64,000 nt of DNA from Octopus sinensis (lineage: Eukaryota): the NCBI RefSeq assembly GCF_006345805.1, contig NC_042998.1, forward strand, positions 102,300,001 to 102,364,000, written 5' to 3'. This document shows positions 61,150 through 64,000 of this stretch, piece by piece. The number at the start of each line of letters is the position of its first letter. The first letter of the stretch is position 1. The notes beneath the pieces were generated by a model. It worked only from the letters and a program-made list of their open reading frames with translations, had not been told where the DNA came from and did not search any database. The translations under genes were made by a program, and so were the position numbers.

Positions 61150-62200
61150 ATGTCTAGAATGAATACAGTGGAACGCAGTATATATCTTCAGTCCTTAAAT
61201 ATGAAAAATGGGCATCAGCAGATATTGCCACCCGTTAAATAGCTAATGTTTTCTTATCGTCATTTCTACAACTGTTATAAATCTATTTCAACTGTAATCG
61301 CATTTAATGTTATCCACCCTGTCGTAGTTGAAATCCTCATCATTGTCCTCTTCGTCATCGTCGCTACCATTCTCCTCCTCATCATCATCATCGTCATCAT
61401 CATCATCATCGTCATCATCATCATTATCGTCATCATCCCGACTGTTGACAGATTTTCATTATATAAATAAATATTTGCATTAGCATCATTTGTTTCTTTA
61501 ATTCTACATTCGATATCAACATATCTTCTTAGTAATACTGTCAATAACAACAATATTTTTATAGTCATAATAATTAAAAAATAAATATCAATAGTGATGA
61601 ATTTATAAAAAATACAGTATAATAAAATATATTGTAGCCTGCGCTTTATTCATAATTATGTTTTCAGAAACTAGAGATTTCAAATAACTTAAATATTGAT
61701 CATATTTTATTCATACTAACAATGTGATATTCATGTCATTTCTTTCTTTGTCAATAAATAATGATGCCGACTTTAGAATTTAGTGAAAGAAAAATTGATT
61801 ATCCCTTATAAAAAGTATGATGCATGTGTGTGTGGGATTAAATTTAAATTAATATTTTTCTTTTTTATATTTCAGATCATGTGTTCATGACAACAAAGAG
61901 ACTGACTTGCAAACTAATAAGGCCAAAGGGAATTTAAAATCAAATGGTGTGTAAAACGATATTTTCTCATTAGCTGCTGCCACGAGCAATAAATGTCTTG
62001 AAGTAAATGCCTGAGTACAGTCAGAAGAATTTCTTTAAGTATGCACCTATTATGTTATTACGGCAAATATGCTTACACATACATTAAACTATCAAAAGCA
62101 CATCGGGTGCAAGAAATAACGAATGCTGTTCCTAAACGAGAATAATAATAAAACTATTTTATTTTAATGCTACATAAATTGTAACTTTTAGAAATAACTA
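61150..62200 (+). pseudogene. nAChR-like pseudogene
   Basis: LPPVK, NVFLSSFLQLL, LLSNTV, L*PALYS*LC, NID..F..YSCHF, KYDAC, KLIRPKGI, FLISCCHEQ*MS, YGKYAYT. Confidence 0.68.
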
Positions 62201-62359
62201 ACAGATATGACACCTGCCACAGGGAAAGAGAGAGAGAGAGAGAGAGAAACATACACACGTACTGATACATGCGCACATTCGTACATACATACACACTCAC
62301 AAAAACAAGCACGCATACGATCACACACAAACACACACACACACACACACACACATCTG

Positions 62360-63400
62360 TACGTCATGCTTAATCTGAAAACATGGTGAAGAGGCACAAT
62401 AGCAGCGGTATTCTTCTTGAGATAATAACTGTTATGGACGTGTCACGTTTATAAATACAACAAATAATCAGAAACTGAAAAAAATTGAATAGCCGCAGGG
62501 GGGAAATTTGTAAATCTGCATTTCTTAGCTCTGGCTTTAGTGAGTACAATGTCCTCACTGCCAATCACATGTTACCAAAAATTCATCGCTACTATTCCCG
62601 GTAAAAAATTTTACGAATAGGTGTTTAGCTGAATGAATGTCCATTACATGCAAAAGAAGCAGCATTAGCTAAAAATAGACATCTGTGTGTCATACGTAAG
62701 ACAAATACATCGCTAAAAGGCAAATTACGAACGGTATTCTTCCGGAAATAATATTTCTTATTGACGTATTCAGTTTAAGAACACAGATATATAATATCCT
62801 GTGGTTGTATGATGGGACAAAGCCAAAACACCTCAAATATGCTGTACATATATCCCACTCACTGGCCATATACAAGCAAAGATCACGTAGATATATGAGG
62901 GGTTGCAGTATCAAATCTTAACACCCGAGATTCCTTGTAACAGCACAAAAAAAAAATGCTTCGAAACATCCAGATTCATTGTCCACTTCCCAGAGTAGAA
63001 TCAGGACACGTAAAAAAATACATGAAACATAAACATTCCACTGGCTCTCAAACTGTGATGTGATATAAACCAGAAACAATATATACAGGCCAACAGGAAC
63101 TAACGTATTATATACAGGACTACCCAGACCACCAAGGTTATGGAATCTAACTAAATCTACAGACGCACTAGAATAAAATAAACAGTGGAAAGAGTGCTCT
63201 GCGTCCAGACTGTCAAGATGCTCTGTATTCGATTCATTACAGTATGACGGAAATTGTTGAATGGTACTCTGCTAACTGGAGATACGGTTATATTTTCATC
63301 GCTTTTACTGTCTACCTCTCGTTATTTATCTCGTTATTTATAAAGGACAACAAGAAATATAGCACGCGATACATTATTACAATAAAAATAGCAATAATAA
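62360..63400 (-). pseudogene. nAChR-like pseudogene
   Basis: SDENITV, QSILTVWTQ, LDSITL.VWV.VLY, FESQWNVYVS/TC/LG/WT, DLCLYMASEWDI, IPFVICLLAMYL, TM3-like FQFLIICCI..ITVII. Confidence 0.72.
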
Positions 63401-63515
63401 TGGTTACTCCTACGCTATTAATCCAATGTTATTAATAGACTTCTATAATTCTGTTTTACTTATTACTTTGAACAGCCATCAGTTGAATTAAACCTTAAAA
63501 CACCATGTAATCGAT

Positions 63516-64000
63516 ATGAATAATTTGCTATGTCTCTATAACCATTTGATGCAAGATTCTTTTTTATGTACATTACCCTTATTAGCTTTCACTAAGTCTT
63601 TCATATCCAATATCTATCAGATGCGTTTCATATGTAGTAAGACAATTAATTACACCAATTATCCCTTGTTTATAATAATTCATTCCTTACTACATTTTAT
63701 TCTATTTACGGGTCTATTTGGTATTTTTCTGGTCTCTTATGGAAATTATAGCTGTAATGTTTTGTTGCGTTTTCTTAAATAACAAGCATTTTTTCCTTTC
63801 TTACTTAAAATATTGTAAATTCAGTATTCGTCCCGTAAAACATACTATAGGAAATTTTATGGCAAAAAATAACCTCTCAGTTTCCTTTCTATATTATCGT
63901 TCTTTGAACAAAACGAGTTCGTTTTGTCGGTTCTTATATATAGTTGATTTAATAGACACCGAAATGTTTCACTAGGTTTTACTAACATTTGTTTTTTGCA
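63516..64000 (+). pseudogene. nAChR-like pseudogene running off the window end
   Basis: LYNHLMQD..LPL, SYGNY, TSSFCRFLYIVDLIDTEMF (C + 13 codons + TTT in place of the second Cys). Confidence 0.55.

Noticed and set aside
61876-61954. Terminal exon of a host gene after a strong-looking splice acceptor
   Set aside because: No upstream exons were found, and the region lies inside a collinear nAChR remnant. It cannot be fully excluded without RNA-seq.
62360-63310. Plus-strand reading as tandem sushi/CCP domains (VQCP, SITC, HCPLP, RPDC)
   Set aside because: The minus strand gives a longer, correctly ordered nAChR motif series. The sushi pattern needed many assumed Cys losses. This shows that by-eye reading of decayed DNA can mislead, hence the moderate confidences.

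Overview
AT-rich, microsatellite-dense animal DNA, most likely from an octopus. This is inferred from the tRNA/CORE-type SINE family, the Penelope repeats and the (TA)n/(CA)n/(GA)n density. No intact protein-coding gene is visible. There are two layers. (1) A transposon layer: mariner, Tc1, hAT, Merlin, CR1-type LINEs, SINEs and many Penelope-like elements (PLEs). Their terminal repeats carry minimal type-I hammerhead ribozyme motifs, arranged as a 546-bp tandem array, inverted termini and zero-spacer palindromes. (2) Most of the remaining non-repeat sequence reads, across frameshifts and stops, as about 20 intronless, heavily decayed nicotinic acetylcholine receptor (Cys-loop) subunit pseudogenes. 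They are packed on both strands with very short spacers. The alignments were done by eye across frames without an HMM, so boundaries are approximate and the weaker copies need computational confirmation.
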